Shown here: positions 16,443-24,000 of the stretch, one piece after another
Layout of the letters: the number at the start of each line of letters is the position of its first letter
Position numbering within the stretch: position 1 is the first letter of the stretch
Assembly (NCBI GenBank): GCA_019459455.1
Contig: JAIBEX010000021.1
Coordinates: 197,576 to 221,575 of the forward strand
Length of the DNA: 24,000 bases
From: Weeksellaceae bacterium
Lineage (GTDB): Bacteria > Bacteroidota > Bacteroidia > Flavobacteriales > Weeksellaceae
Direction of reading: 5' to 3'
The notes under the pieces: model-generated
What the model was told of the DNA's origin: nothing
Databases searched by the model: none
Seen by the model: only the letters and a program-made list of their open reading frames with translations
Translations under genes and position numbers: made by a program

Positions 16443-16817
16443 GGGCAGTGCATTACCGGAGTTCAAGATTAGAAGCTGCTTTTGTTTAAAGGTGGAGAAT
16501 CTTTCTTCGTCGTGCCTGCAGCACGCAGGATTTCCGGCTTCACCCCTTACTGTTGGGCCTCTCTACCCATTGTTCTTTTTAAAACCCGCCTTGCCCTCCG
16601 GGAGTGGATGCGTACCGCTGTGGTAATTGGAGTTCGCTTTTGAATTCGATATTTTTTATAAAATAGTGTCGGCCGTTTCTATTTGGCTTTGGCTGTACAC
16701 ACGGTGAATAAAGGAACCAGGTGCCTCTGATCATAAAAAAACACGGTACTACCGAAAGGCTTACGGGATTTATCCGTCCGGTTTGCAAAACTTTGTAAGC
16801 ACACAAAAACAGAACCA

Positions 16818-17018
16818 ATGAAACCAAAGAAAATCCGGGTCTGCGTGTACGTAAAGGATCTCCAATATGTAACCGGCCGCAGCGAAAGACACTGCCGCCG
16901 GATGATGCGCGATCTCCGAAGGAAGTTGGGGAAACCCAAACCTACGGCCATCACGGTAGAAGAAGTTGCCACCTATCTTAGCTTACCACCAGAAACCGTC
17001 CGGGATTTTATGGATTAG
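16818..17018 (+). CDS. Small basic putative DNA-binding protein
   Basis: MKPKKIRVCVYVKDLQYVTGRSERHCRRMMRDLRRKLGKPKPTAITVEEVATYLSLPPETVRDFMD; basic, HTH-like helices, same strand after rteC-like gene. Confidence 0.65.
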   Translation: MKPKKIRVCVYVKDLQYVTGRSERHCRRMMRDLRRKLGKPKPTAITVEEVATYLSLPPETVRDFMD

Positions 17019-17145
17019 GTAGGTTTGACTTCCGGAAGATGCCGCCCACAGTGATGTCCCGGAACCGCTACCGTACCGGCAGTGTACATGATAAGGCCCG
17101 GTTGTGGCGCTGTGATTAATGATCGCTTTGAGCGCTACCCCTCTG

Positions 17146-17784
17146 TTAAGGTGTGCGCAGCATCACGCCGTTGATGAAGCCTGGTCCGGCGATGAAAGCA
17201 AAGGGGTAGTAAACTCCCTTCTTCAGCAGTTGCCACTTTATGATGAAGGGATGGGGAGCTTCGGGATGCGGAAGTATGCGGGTAAATTTGTAGTACACCC
17301 CTGTGCTGAGGTCGATCTGGAGCAAGATGAGGCGGTGGCCGTCCAGTACCGGAGGCAAGGGATAAAAGGTAATGCCCATTTTCCTCATGGTCACTGCATG
17401 GAGCTCCGGGACCCCATCCAGGGGCTCACAGAACTGAAAATTTTCAAATTCATCAGAGGCACGAGGCGACAACAGCCCTGTGGTCAGCAGTTGATCCCTG
17501 CCACCATACCTGTTTTTTATTTTTTCGAAAAGGCCGGACAACCGTTCGTGAAGATGGTCCGTTGCAAGGTCTTTTATTTCATCTCTGAGGGCCTCTATGA
17601 CCGATGAAGCCAACACGTGCGGATCGACACTCCTTTGCGGCATCCCGATATAGTCCGCTATGTCCCTATTTTTCGCATTCGGTGTGTTACGCGGGCTTTT
17701 AAACAGCTGTTTACCGCCCTCCATGTAATACATGATTCCATCGAGGGGTCCGGTCCAGTTGAGGTTTGGTTCTATTTTTCCCAT
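17146..17784 (-). CDS. Conserved-looking hypothetical protein
   Basis: Start at M11 of listed ORF (MGKIEPNLNWTGPLDGIMYYMEGGKQLFKSPRNTP...); long ordered ORF immediately downstream of the holin-like operon and preceded by a CTTAAC array. Confidence 0.65.
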   Translation of the reverse strand: MGKIEPNLNWTGPLDGIMYYMEGGKQLFKSPRNTPNAKNRDIADYIGMPQRSVDPHVLASSVIEALRDEIKDLATDHLHERLSGLFEKIKNRYGGRDQLLTTGLLSPRASDEFENFQFCEPLDGVPELHAVTMRKMGITFYPLPPVLDGHRLILLQIDLSTGVYYKFTRILPHPEAPHPFIIKWQLLKKGVYYPFAFIAGPGFINGVMLRTP

Positions 17785-17787
17785 TTT

Positions 17788-17853
17788 GGTTAAGGTTAAG
17801 GTTAAGGTTGACACTTCGGCTTCGCTCAGTGCAGGGGTTGAGGTTAAGGTTGA
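17788..17853. repeat. GGTTRA hexamer array interrupted in phase by 24-bp element CACTTCGGCTTCGCTCAGTGCAGG
   Basis: Units at 17788-17811 (x4), 24-bp element 17812-17835, units 17836-17853 (x3). Confidence 0.9.
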
Positions 17854-17863
17854 GGAGGTTTAG

Positions 17864-17890
17864 AAAAAAGGCCTCCTTTTGGAGGAGGCC
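17864..17890 (-). terminator. Rho-independent terminator of the 17897..19467 operon
   Basis: Minus strand reads GGCCTCCTCCAAAAGGAGGCCTTTTTTC. Confidence 0.8.
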
Positions 17891-17896
17891 CCTCCG

Positions 17897-18091
17897 TTAT
17901 TGTTTATTCTTTTTCTTTCTGATACGGATCAGAAGAAATTTTACTACGAGGGTGAAAAGGTAACTGGAGATGCCCCCAATTCCCGCCAAAATCACCGTCT
18001 TCAGTATTTCGCCGCTTTCCAGCTGGACCAGCAGTACGAGTGCCATTCCGCCCACTGCGCCCATGCGCTGAGAAGAGTCGAAGAACATCAT
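17897..18091 (-). CDS. Small membrane protein, holin-like
   Basis: MMFFDSSQRMGAVGGMALVLLVQLESGEILKTVILAGIGGISSYLFTLVVKFLLIRIRKKKNKQ: hydrophobic segments and basic tail; start overlaps upstream stop by 4 bp. Confidence 0.6.
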   Translation of the reverse strand: MMFFDSSQRMGAVGGMALVLLVQLESGEILKTVILAGIGGISSYLFTLVVKFLLIRIRKKKNKQ

Positions 18092-18306
18092 TTCTGCCGG
18101 CCGGTTTTCACTGCGGTCTGGCTCACCGCACTGGCGATGGCACCTGCGAGTGCGAGGTAGCCTGCGGCTGCGATGACGGCGGCCGGCAATGCGACCGGGG
18201 CCGTGGCAATGGCGCCTGCTACCCCTGTCAGGATAAGTCCTGCGTTCCTGACCTTTCGGAAGAAGCGTGGTGTAGGCGCTTTCAACCGCTGAACGATCTC
18301 TTTCAT
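18088..18306 (-). CDS. Small membrane protein, holin-like
   Basis: MKEIVQRLKAPTPRFFRKVRNAGLILTGVAGAIATAPVALPAAVIAAAGYLALAGAIASAVSQTAVKTGRQK: two hydrophobic segments; 4-bp overlap with DUF5675 gene. Confidence 0.65.
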   Translation of the reverse strand: MKEIVQRLKAPTPRFFRKVRNAGLILTGVAGAIATAPVALPAAVIAAAGYLALAGAIASAVSQTAVKTGRQK

Positions 18307-18707
18307 AAACCTGCTTTTTTAATTGTTAACGTTAAACCGATGCCATGATCCAGCACAGGATACAGGCGTTCTTTCATTCGCTGCAGGGCCATCTGTGAAT
18401 GAGCGCCCTTTCCTTCCCCGGTATGCTGCAGCACCGGAGCAATACATCCGCGCAATTCTTTCACCGCGTCGTTTGCCCCGTGGAAGAGAATGTACTTCCT
18501 GCCGGGTACGCCCAGAATTTCGAAGTGGTTTTTGAATCTGGGGCTGAACCGTCTGCGGACGTCGTACTTTCCTTCCGGAATGCATGAAATGCCAGGCTGA
18601 TTGTCCTTCCACGGCAGTTCGACCGTCCTGCAGATTTCCTCACCGTAGAAGAGTAACACTCCATTTACTCCCCGGGGGTGGTAGGTTCTGAGTAGGAGGA
18701 TTTCCAT
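18303..18707 (-). CDS. DUF5675 family protein (common in phage/lysis contexts)
   Basis: LLRTYHPRGVNGVLLFYGEEICRTVELPWKDNQPGISCIPEGKYDVRRRFSPRFKNHFEILGVPGRKYILFHGANDAVKELRGCIAPV. Confidence 0.85.
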   Translation of the reverse strand: MEILLLRTYHPRGVNGVLLFYGEEICRTVELPWKDNQPGISCIPEGKYDVRRRFSPRFKNHFEILGVPGRKYILFHGANDAVKELRGCIAPVLQHTGEGKGAHSQMALQRMKERLYPVLDHGIGLTLTIKKAGL

Positions 18708-18708
18708 C

Positions 18709-19467
18709 TTACGGTGTACCTGAAACCTTCACGATGCGCAAGGCATTGAAGGCTCCGTTTAACAGCGGATAGTGGAACCCATTCACCGACTGGTAAAAGC
18801 TGATCCCGAAAAGCAGGAAGAGCGGATTCACCGAAGCAGCAGGCAGGGCATTCTCCAGGTTAATCAGCGCGGTGGGCTGCGATTCGATTTTCATAATGGC
18901 GGTTTCGCTGAAGGCGGAAGCCGTAACCTTAGACTCGAAGTTAATGTCCAAAGCAGCAGATACCAGTTTGAAGTGGGTAGCCGCCGGATCAGAAATGATT
19001 ACTTCCGTTCCATCAAAGGGGTTTATTGTGACGTTGGCCTCTCCTGCTACGCGGTCCAGGGTGAGGGACAGCGGCGCCTTGAAACTTGTTTCGAGCGGCG
19101 AGGTGGAGTTAAAGTCGAAGCCTTCCAGCAGTTCCGCTTCACCGTCGATTACATTCCTCAGTCCGCGCGGGTTTACCATATCCAGGTGAATCACTTTCAT
19201 CATTTCCTGGGTTAGGCGGTTCTGAAGGGATTTGCCGCCGAAGGAAGTAAGTAGGGTACCCATGGCGTTTTTAAGCACCTTGGCGGCATTACACGCGCGG
19301 CCGAATTCGGCCATGTTTTCGCGGGTTCTTGCGAACCTCGGATCCGTCAGCATTCTACCCGGTGCGACCCTGAGTCTCTCTTTGGCCATATAGCCATGTT
19401 TGGTCCGGTAAAAGGTGATGTCGGCCATGGTACCGTCCAGCTTGATAATTCCTCTTTGTTTTGCCAT
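18709..19467 (-). CDS. Conserved hypothetical protein (MAKQRGIIKLDGTMADITFY family)
   Basis: Long ORF directly upstream of and spaced 1 bp from DUF5675 gene. N-terminus MAKQRGIIKLDGTMADITFYRTKHGYMAKERLRVAPGRMLTDPRFARTRENMAEFGRACNAAKVL is recalled from Bacteroidota hypothetical proteins. Confidence 0.8.
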   Translation of the reverse strand: MAKQRGIIKLDGTMADITFYRTKHGYMAKERLRVAPGRMLTDPRFARTRENMAEFGRACNAAKVLKNAMGTLLTSFGGKSLQNRLTQEMMKVIHLDMVNPRGLRNVIDGEAELLEGFDFNSTSPLETSFKAPLSLTLDRVAGEANVTINPFDGTEVIISDPAATHFKLVSAALDINFESKVTASAFSETAIMKIESQPTALINLENALPAASVNPLFLLFGISFYQSVNGFHYPLLNGAFNALRIVKVSGTP

Positions 19468-19571
19468 TTTTTTAAATTTTTATGCATTAACATTCAGATG
19501 TTGAGGTACATCCGTTAAAACCTTTTGTGATCACGGAGTAAAATTTGAATGAAAAACTGAAGAATACAAGC

Positions 19572-19685
19572 GGGATGTCCGTTCGCGGCCGAAATATCCT
19601 TTATCAGGTGAAATATCCTTTTTCAGGTGAAATGTCCGGTTATGGCTGAAATGTCTGTTTCTGGCCGGAATGTCCTTTTTTGGCT
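19572..19685. repeat. Six degenerate tandem 19-bp repeats, consensus ~GAAATGTCCnTTtnTGGCt
   Basis: gggatgtccgttcgcggcc / gaaatatcctttatcaggt / gaaatatcctttttcaggt / gaaatgtccggttatggct / gaaatgtctgtttctggcc / ggaatgtccttttttggct. Confidence 0.9.
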
Positions 19686-19994
19686 GTCCGTAACTAAGGG
19701 TATACTAAGGGTATACTGTGCTTATCCTAAGCCATTACCAGGCTGCAGGTGGCCTTTTCCTATTAATGAACTAATGGGTAATAGGCCTGACACCCCTGGT
19801 AGAGGGCGATTACGGATAGGGGTTAAAAAGGCCTCAAAACGGTCTGCCTGCGAGGCGTCAAATTTTGAATAAAAAAAAAGAATTAGTTTTGCAGATTTTT
19901 GAAAAAGAGATCCTTTTGGGCGGATTTCGCCTCCATGGGGGAAGCGACCTTTGTGTCAGTATGCGTGCAATTTCTACAAAAAGGGGAGTAAGGA

Positions 19995-20060
19995 GGTTAA
20001 GGTTAAGGTTGAGGATGAGGTTGACACTTCGGCTTCGCTCAGTGCAGGGGTTGAGGTTAG
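19995..20060. repeat. Second GGTTRA hexamer array carrying the same in-phase 24-bp element
   Basis: Units 19995-20024 (x5), CACTTCGGCTTCGCTCAGTGCAGG 20025-20048, units 20049-20060 (x2). Confidence 0.9.
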
Positions 20061-20340
20061 AAGCCGGGAGATGGAAGAGGGAAGAAAGGAGCGCGTTGTC
20101 CTCCCGACGCAGGAGGGATATCTCACGGAGCCACTGCCTCTCACTTATAACCGCTCCAATAACCGACATAGGAAATTTTTGCGTGAAGAAAAAACCTAAT
20201 TTTCTTTCTTAATTATAGTGATACTTATGACTTAGGAAAAATTTACACTGTTCGAAGCGCGACACCATACGTTGCTAATTCACCAAAATATAGACTCGCG
20301 CAAGTTTGTAAATTTTCTAAAAAGAAAATTAGGGTTTTTT

Positions 20341-20397
20341 AGCAAAAAGATCCAAGTCTTGATCTTTTGCTCAACTTTTGCATCAAGGCAAAAGTTG
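20341..20397. repeat. Two back-to-back hairpins
   Basis: AGCAAAAAGATC...GATCTTTTGCT (one bulge) followed by perfect CAACTTTTGC (20372-20381) / GCAAAAGTTG (20388-20397). Confidence 0.7.
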
Positions 20398-20504
20398 AAG
20401 AATAGAATCTACTTTGGGATTACCTCGTCGGCTGCCACCTTCCCACTTTTTCCTTTTTACTTCTTCCTTGGTTCTTCCCCGCCAGTCACCCCGACGAGGA
20501 GGGG

Positions 20505-22433
20505 TCAACCTACCGGCAAATCATCATTAAGCCGCTTCAGGAAATAAGTCGGCGAGATATGATACCGTTCCTGGAAGTTCTTGGAAAAACTCTGTGCCGT
20601 GCTGTACCCCAGTTTCTGTGCAGTTTCCTGAATGCTCAGTTTCCTGGTTTTGGGTTTGGTCTTCCAGAGGTGTATGGCTTCGTTCAGTCTCAGGGTGTTG
20701 AGGTACCCGTTGAAATTCTGTCCTTTGTGCTGGTTAATCACCTTCGAGAGGTAGGAACTGTTGGTGCCGCAGTACAACGCCAGGGTGCTCAGCGTGAGGT
20801 TTTTCTTCAGATAGGCTTTTTCACTTTCAAAGGCATCAAGTTTCGCCAGGATATCGTCCACCAGTAAAGGATTGAGTTCTGTACCCGGCATCTGCACAGC
20901 AGCCGGTTCCGGAGTTTCCTGTGGCGGAGGATGAAACTGCTCATCGGGCAGTGCTTCATCCGGTACTGCAGCTTTTTCTTCATCCGGTACCTGCGTTACC
21001 TCCTGTTGGACAACAGGGTTTAGCGGCGGCACCTTTGAAATTTCAGGTACTGCCTCTTCATCCGGCACCGCCATAAATTCTTCGTACAGCTTTTTGTAAT
21101 AGTTGCGCCGGCGGTAGTACCGCAGGGCGAGGAGCAGGGAGGTAACCGTAATTATCAACGAAGCCCCGGTAATGATCCACAACCTTATTCTGTCTTTTTT
21201 CAGCTGCTCCTGCAGGTATACTTTTTCTTCCTTCAGTACGGTATTGTCATAGTGGCTGCTCAGGCTCCTGAAGAGGTCTTTGTAATTCTTTTCGTAAAGG
21301 GTATTGATCTGAAGCAACTTGTTTACATATTCCAGCTGCTTCTGCACATTGCCTGTTTTCTTATGGTGTTCATAAAGGGTTTCGAAGGCCGGGCGGAATT
21401 GCGGGTCAATCTTTCGGGTCTTTTCAAACTCCTTATCGAGCAGATTCAGATATTTCAGTGCTTCGGTTTCGTTTCCACTATGGTAATAGCTCATGCCGAG
21501 ATAGAATTTCTCGGTGAGGTGTTTCCAGTTGTCGTTGTAAAGGGCCAGCGTCTGTTTCAGTTTGCTGATGGCAAGGGGATAATTTTTCTGATAGTAGGCG
21601 TCAATGCCCTGCGACCCGATGAAGTAGGGCCGGAACTGCGGCAGTTTTTCCTTTGTGATAAACGCGATTCCCTCTGTCACGAGTTTTTCATTCCTGGAGA
21701 ATTCGCCCAGCTTCGAATGGGTGTCCAGCAGGGCGATAAGGGAATGCATATAATAGGGGCGGTAATCGGTATCTTCCACTGTCCCATGGTTTTCCCTGAA
21801 GAATGAAACGGCTTCCAGTAGCTGGGCGTTGGCTTCCTTATTCTGCCCGAGATAATTCCTGATCCGCGCAATACTGAGGTTCAAAACATTGACAAGGTAC
21901 GGGTTGTTTTTTACCAACAGGTGTCTTTGGGCCTGTACATAACTGTGCAGAGCGACGTTATAATCCTCAGTCAGTTCATGGAGCATGCCGTTCGTCATCA
22001 GCGCATCACCCATAATGTCCGGGCGGTTAATCCGTGATGCGGTTTGGAGCATACTGTCCGCATAGGCCATCTTTTTCCTGTTTTCTGCGTAAATGGTCCC
22101 CAGTGCATAGGCACGGTACAGCTTTTCGGGGTTTTTTTCCAGTTTTGCTTTCAGCGAATACAGGTCAATAATCTCCTGCGCCTGTTGAGGGTTATTCTGA
22201 ACTTCTATAACCTTTTTTTCAAGAGCAGAGAACGGCGTTTCATCTGCCAGTCCCTTACCCTGCGCCTGTAAACAGGACGTAAAAGTGATCACCATGAAGA
22301 GGGCTATACCTAAAAGGCATCTGTTACGGATTTTAAAAGTTCTCAAGCTAAAGGGCAGTTTTGCGGCCAGGTAAATATATAAAAAAATTTGTACTAAAAG
22401 CATAGGAGACCTATAAACACCGGACATCACCAT
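20505..22433 (-). CDS. TPR-repeat, transmembrane, AraC-type HTH regulator (start uncertain)
   Basis: Signal-like KIRNRCLLGIALFMVITFTSCLQAQ, TPR-like body, TM (LWIITGASLIITVTSLLLALRYYRRRNYY), C-terminal HTH (LTLSTLALYCGTNSSYLSKVINQHKGQNFNGYLNTLRLNEAIHLW...LSIQETAQKLGYSTAQSFSKNFQERYHISPTYFLKRL). A non-ATG or internal start is possible. Confidence 0.88.
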   Translation of the reverse strand: MVMSGVYRSPMLLVQIFLYIYLAAKLPFSLRTFKIRNRCLLGIALFMVITFTSCLQAQGKGLADETPFSALEKKVIEVQNNPQQAQEIIDLYSLKAKLEKNPEKLYRAYALGTIYAENRKKMAYADSMLQTASRINRPDIMGDALMTNGMLHELTEDYNVALHSYVQAQRHLLVKNNPYLVNVLNLSIARIRNYLGQNKEANAQLLEAVSFFRENHGTVEDTDYRPYYMHSLIALLDTHSKLGEFSRNEKLVTEGIAFITKEKLPQFRPYFIGSQGIDAYYQKNYPLAISKLKQTLALYNDNWKHLTEKFYLGMSYYHSGNETEALKYLNLLDKEFEKTRKIDPQFRPAFETLYEHHKKTGNVQKQLEYVNKLLQINTLYEKNYKDLFRSLSSHYDNTVLKEEKVYLQEQLKKDRIRLWIITGASLIITVTSLLLALRYYRRRNYYKKLYEEFMAVPDEEAVPEISKVPPLNPVVQQEVTQVPDEEKAAVPDEALPDEQFHPPPQETPEPAAVQMPGTELNPLLVDDILAKLDAFESEKAYLKKNLTLSTLALYCGTNSSYLSKVINQHKGQNFNGYLNTLRLNEAIHLWKTKPKTRKLSIQETAQKLGYSTAQSFSKNFQERYHISPTYFLKRLNDDLPVG

Positions 22434-22564
22434 CTTGCTGATGTCCTTTATTTAGTGCAATTTTTTATGAAAATACCACTATTTTTTATGATAATACCGA
22501 AGATTTTACCGCATGATTTGAACCGGACGTAAAACTGAAGTAGATTTGACAAAAAATAAATCAA

Positions 22565-22783
22565 ATGAAAAAATTAGCAGCACTTTCCGCATTCGTATTG
22601 GTATTATCTCTAAACTCCTGCCGCAGCGAGCCTGCGGATGAAATGTTCTTAGAAGAAACGGAAGCTTCCGGTAATGTCTTTTTAAGAAATACCGATTCTC
22701 TGCAAATGACAGCGCGGGATTCAACAGGTACCAATCCGGTCACAGGTATAGAGACCGAACCCCCAATTCCTCCAAGAAAATAA
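22565..22783 (+). CDS. Small putative lipoprotein
   Basis: MKKLAALSAFVLVLSLNSCRSEPADEMFLEETEASGN...: lipobox LSLNSC, divergent from the 20505..22433 regulator. Confidence 0.65.
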   Translation: MKKLAALSAFVLVLSLNSCRSEPADEMFLEETEASGNVFLRNTDSLQMTARDSTGTNPVTGIETEPPIPPRK

Positions 22784-22846
22784 AGAGATTTTTCAGGTTT
22801 TATAAACCTCCAGCCGGTTTCTTCGGGAACCGGAGTATTGTAAAGA

Positions 22847-24000
22847 ATGGAACCACAAGTAATGCCCATCATGATTAAAAAAAAAGCCGGCAGTAAGAAA
22901 GTGCATACGCAGCAGGCCACAGACGGTATGTCTGAAAACGGAGTGCAGCGGAAATTGAGCGTACTTCATCTCCCGTCACCGGAGGACGGCCGCCATCTGT
23001 ATTTCCGGACGGTGGTGCAGGAACTGGAGGAAGCAGGCCTTTGGATCTGCCTGGTACTTTCGCAGCTCCGGGGTCCTGTTTCGGTTCCGGAGCTTAAAGG
23101 CATGCTGTCTGTGGAACACCGGGAGGACTGCCATGCCGCTCTAGCCGGCGTCCGTCACCTCATTCAGGGACAGGAAAGGATTGAAATCGCCGACCGGCAC
23201 TTCGCGGAGTTTTTGGCACTGCAGTATCCGGAATACCTAAAGGAATGCCGGGAGCACACCGTTCGGTTTTGCAGCGCGCATCCGGAAAGTCCGTATGCAG
23301 CAGTACACCTCGTGTACCATGATGCTTTATCGGGGAACGGGGCGGAAGCATTTGCAAACTGTTCACAGGAATGGGCAGACCGGCTGGCGCACCGGCATAC
23401 GCCACCTGATCTGATCCTATCGGATATCAAACGAACGGCAGCGCTGGCGGCTGAACTGGGAAAGCCTGCAGAACTGATCCGGCTTCTTTTGCTCCTTCAG
23501 CGTATGGAGTTCCGCTACAATACCGTCCTGAGCGAATTCTCGGCGGAAACGGCACAGGCCCTCATTGCGCAAAATAAATATGCAGAGGCTGTTTCCCTGC
23601 TGGTACAGCAGAACACCCTGCTCACAGACCCCGCCGAAGCCCTTCACTTTTTACCCTTTTTCTATGCACACGGAGCGAGGGCTGAAGCAGAAATGCTGCA
23701 TCATGCCCTGCAAAAGCAGTCTGCGCCGGATCCGGAGTGGGCCGGAAAAAATGTTTTTAACAGAAACCCGGAAGCCGCATCTTCCTGTGCGGATACGGTG
23801 CTGCATGAAACAAACAGGGGCGCACTCCCCGTGCAGAAGATATGGGACTGGGGAGTCGCGGGCCACGATCCGCAGATGCTGAGCTATGGCCGGATGCATA
23901 CGGATATTTCCGACCTGGAAAATGAGCCCGGTTCTGCTGTTGACCGTACCTGGGCCGGCAGGTATGCCCGGTCACTGATGGCATTTAGCACCCTCTTCGA
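22847..24000 (+). CDS. Partial large protein resembling the region C-terminal to the P-loop of STAND/NACHT-type ATPases; not in supplied ORF track
   Basis: Hand translation is open from ATG 22847 (in-frame stop at 22841-22843) to the window edge: MEPQVMPIMIKKKAGSKK...LYFRTVVQELEEAGLWICLVLSQLRGPVSVPELKGMLSVEHREDCHAALAGVRHLIQGQERIEIADRHFAEFLALQYPEYLKECREHTVRFC.... Confidence 0.7.
   Translation, partial: MEPQVMPIMIKKKAGSKKVHTQQATDGMSENGVQRKLSVLHLPSPEDGRHLYFRTVVQELEEAGLWICLVLSQLRGPVSVPELKGMLSVEHREDCHAALAGVRHLIQGQERIEIADRHFAEFLALQYPEYLKECREHTVRFCSAHPESPYAAVHLVYHDALSGNGAEAFANCSQEWADRLAHRHTPPDLILSDIKRTAALAAELGKPAELIRLLLLLQRMEFRYNTVLSEFSAETAQALIAQNKYAEAVSLLVQQNTLLTDPAEALHFLPFFYAHGARAEAEMLHHALQKQSAPDPEWAGKNVFNRNPEAASSCADTVLHETNRGALPVQKIWDWGVAGHDPQMLSYGRMHTDISDLENEPGSAVDRTWAGRYARSLMAFSTLF

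Noticed and set aside
17766-18160. ORFs 17766..17963 (+) and 17879..18160 (+)
   Set aside because: Read through the repeat array and terminator, antisense to the holin-like genes.
19572-19685. CRISPR array
   Set aside because: Units are contiguous and degenerate with 19-bp period, no unique spacers and no cas genes.
19858-20212. ORFs 19858..20169 (-) and 19865..20212 (+)
   Set aside because: Largely translate the hexamer array and 24-bp element (NLNLNLL, TERSRS, RLRLRM); no independent evidence.
21252-21806. 184-aa plus-strand ORF
   Set aside because: Antisense to the second AraC/TPR regulator.

Overview
The window is Bacteroidota-type accessory DNA. From left to right it holds: the 3' part of a UDP-sugar dehydrogenase gene; a small XRE-like regulator; a SusC/SusD outer-membrane pair followed by an S9-type serine peptidase gene whose catalytic domain is duplicated in tandem inside one ORF; a repeat-dense island around a DUF559 PD-(D/E)XK nuclease gene; a minus-strand operon (small lipoprotein, unlisted 59-aa ORF, MauE/DoxX-like membrane protein, DUF6520-like exported peptide) divergent from a TPR-TM-AraC regulator; an RteC-like protein; a translationally coupled DUF5675/holin-like operon; a second TPR-TM-AraC regulator divergent from a second small lipoprotein; and an unlisted ORF running off the right edge that resembles the region C-terminal to the P-loop of STAND ATPases. 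The strongest candidate for something undescribed is 10012..11157. It is a 1.15 kb composite bounded by perfect 13-bp inverted repeats that look like the two arms of one hairpin repeat split apart. Inside are two ~245-bp direct repeats flanking an intact DUF559 nuclease ORF, plus a family of hairpins with a conserved centre and co-varying stems. Other notable items are a 24-bp element embedded in phase in GGTTRA hexamer arrays (two loci), a 6 x 19-bp iteron-like array, and the double-headed S9 peptidase. All family assignments are from recalled motifs and were not searched.
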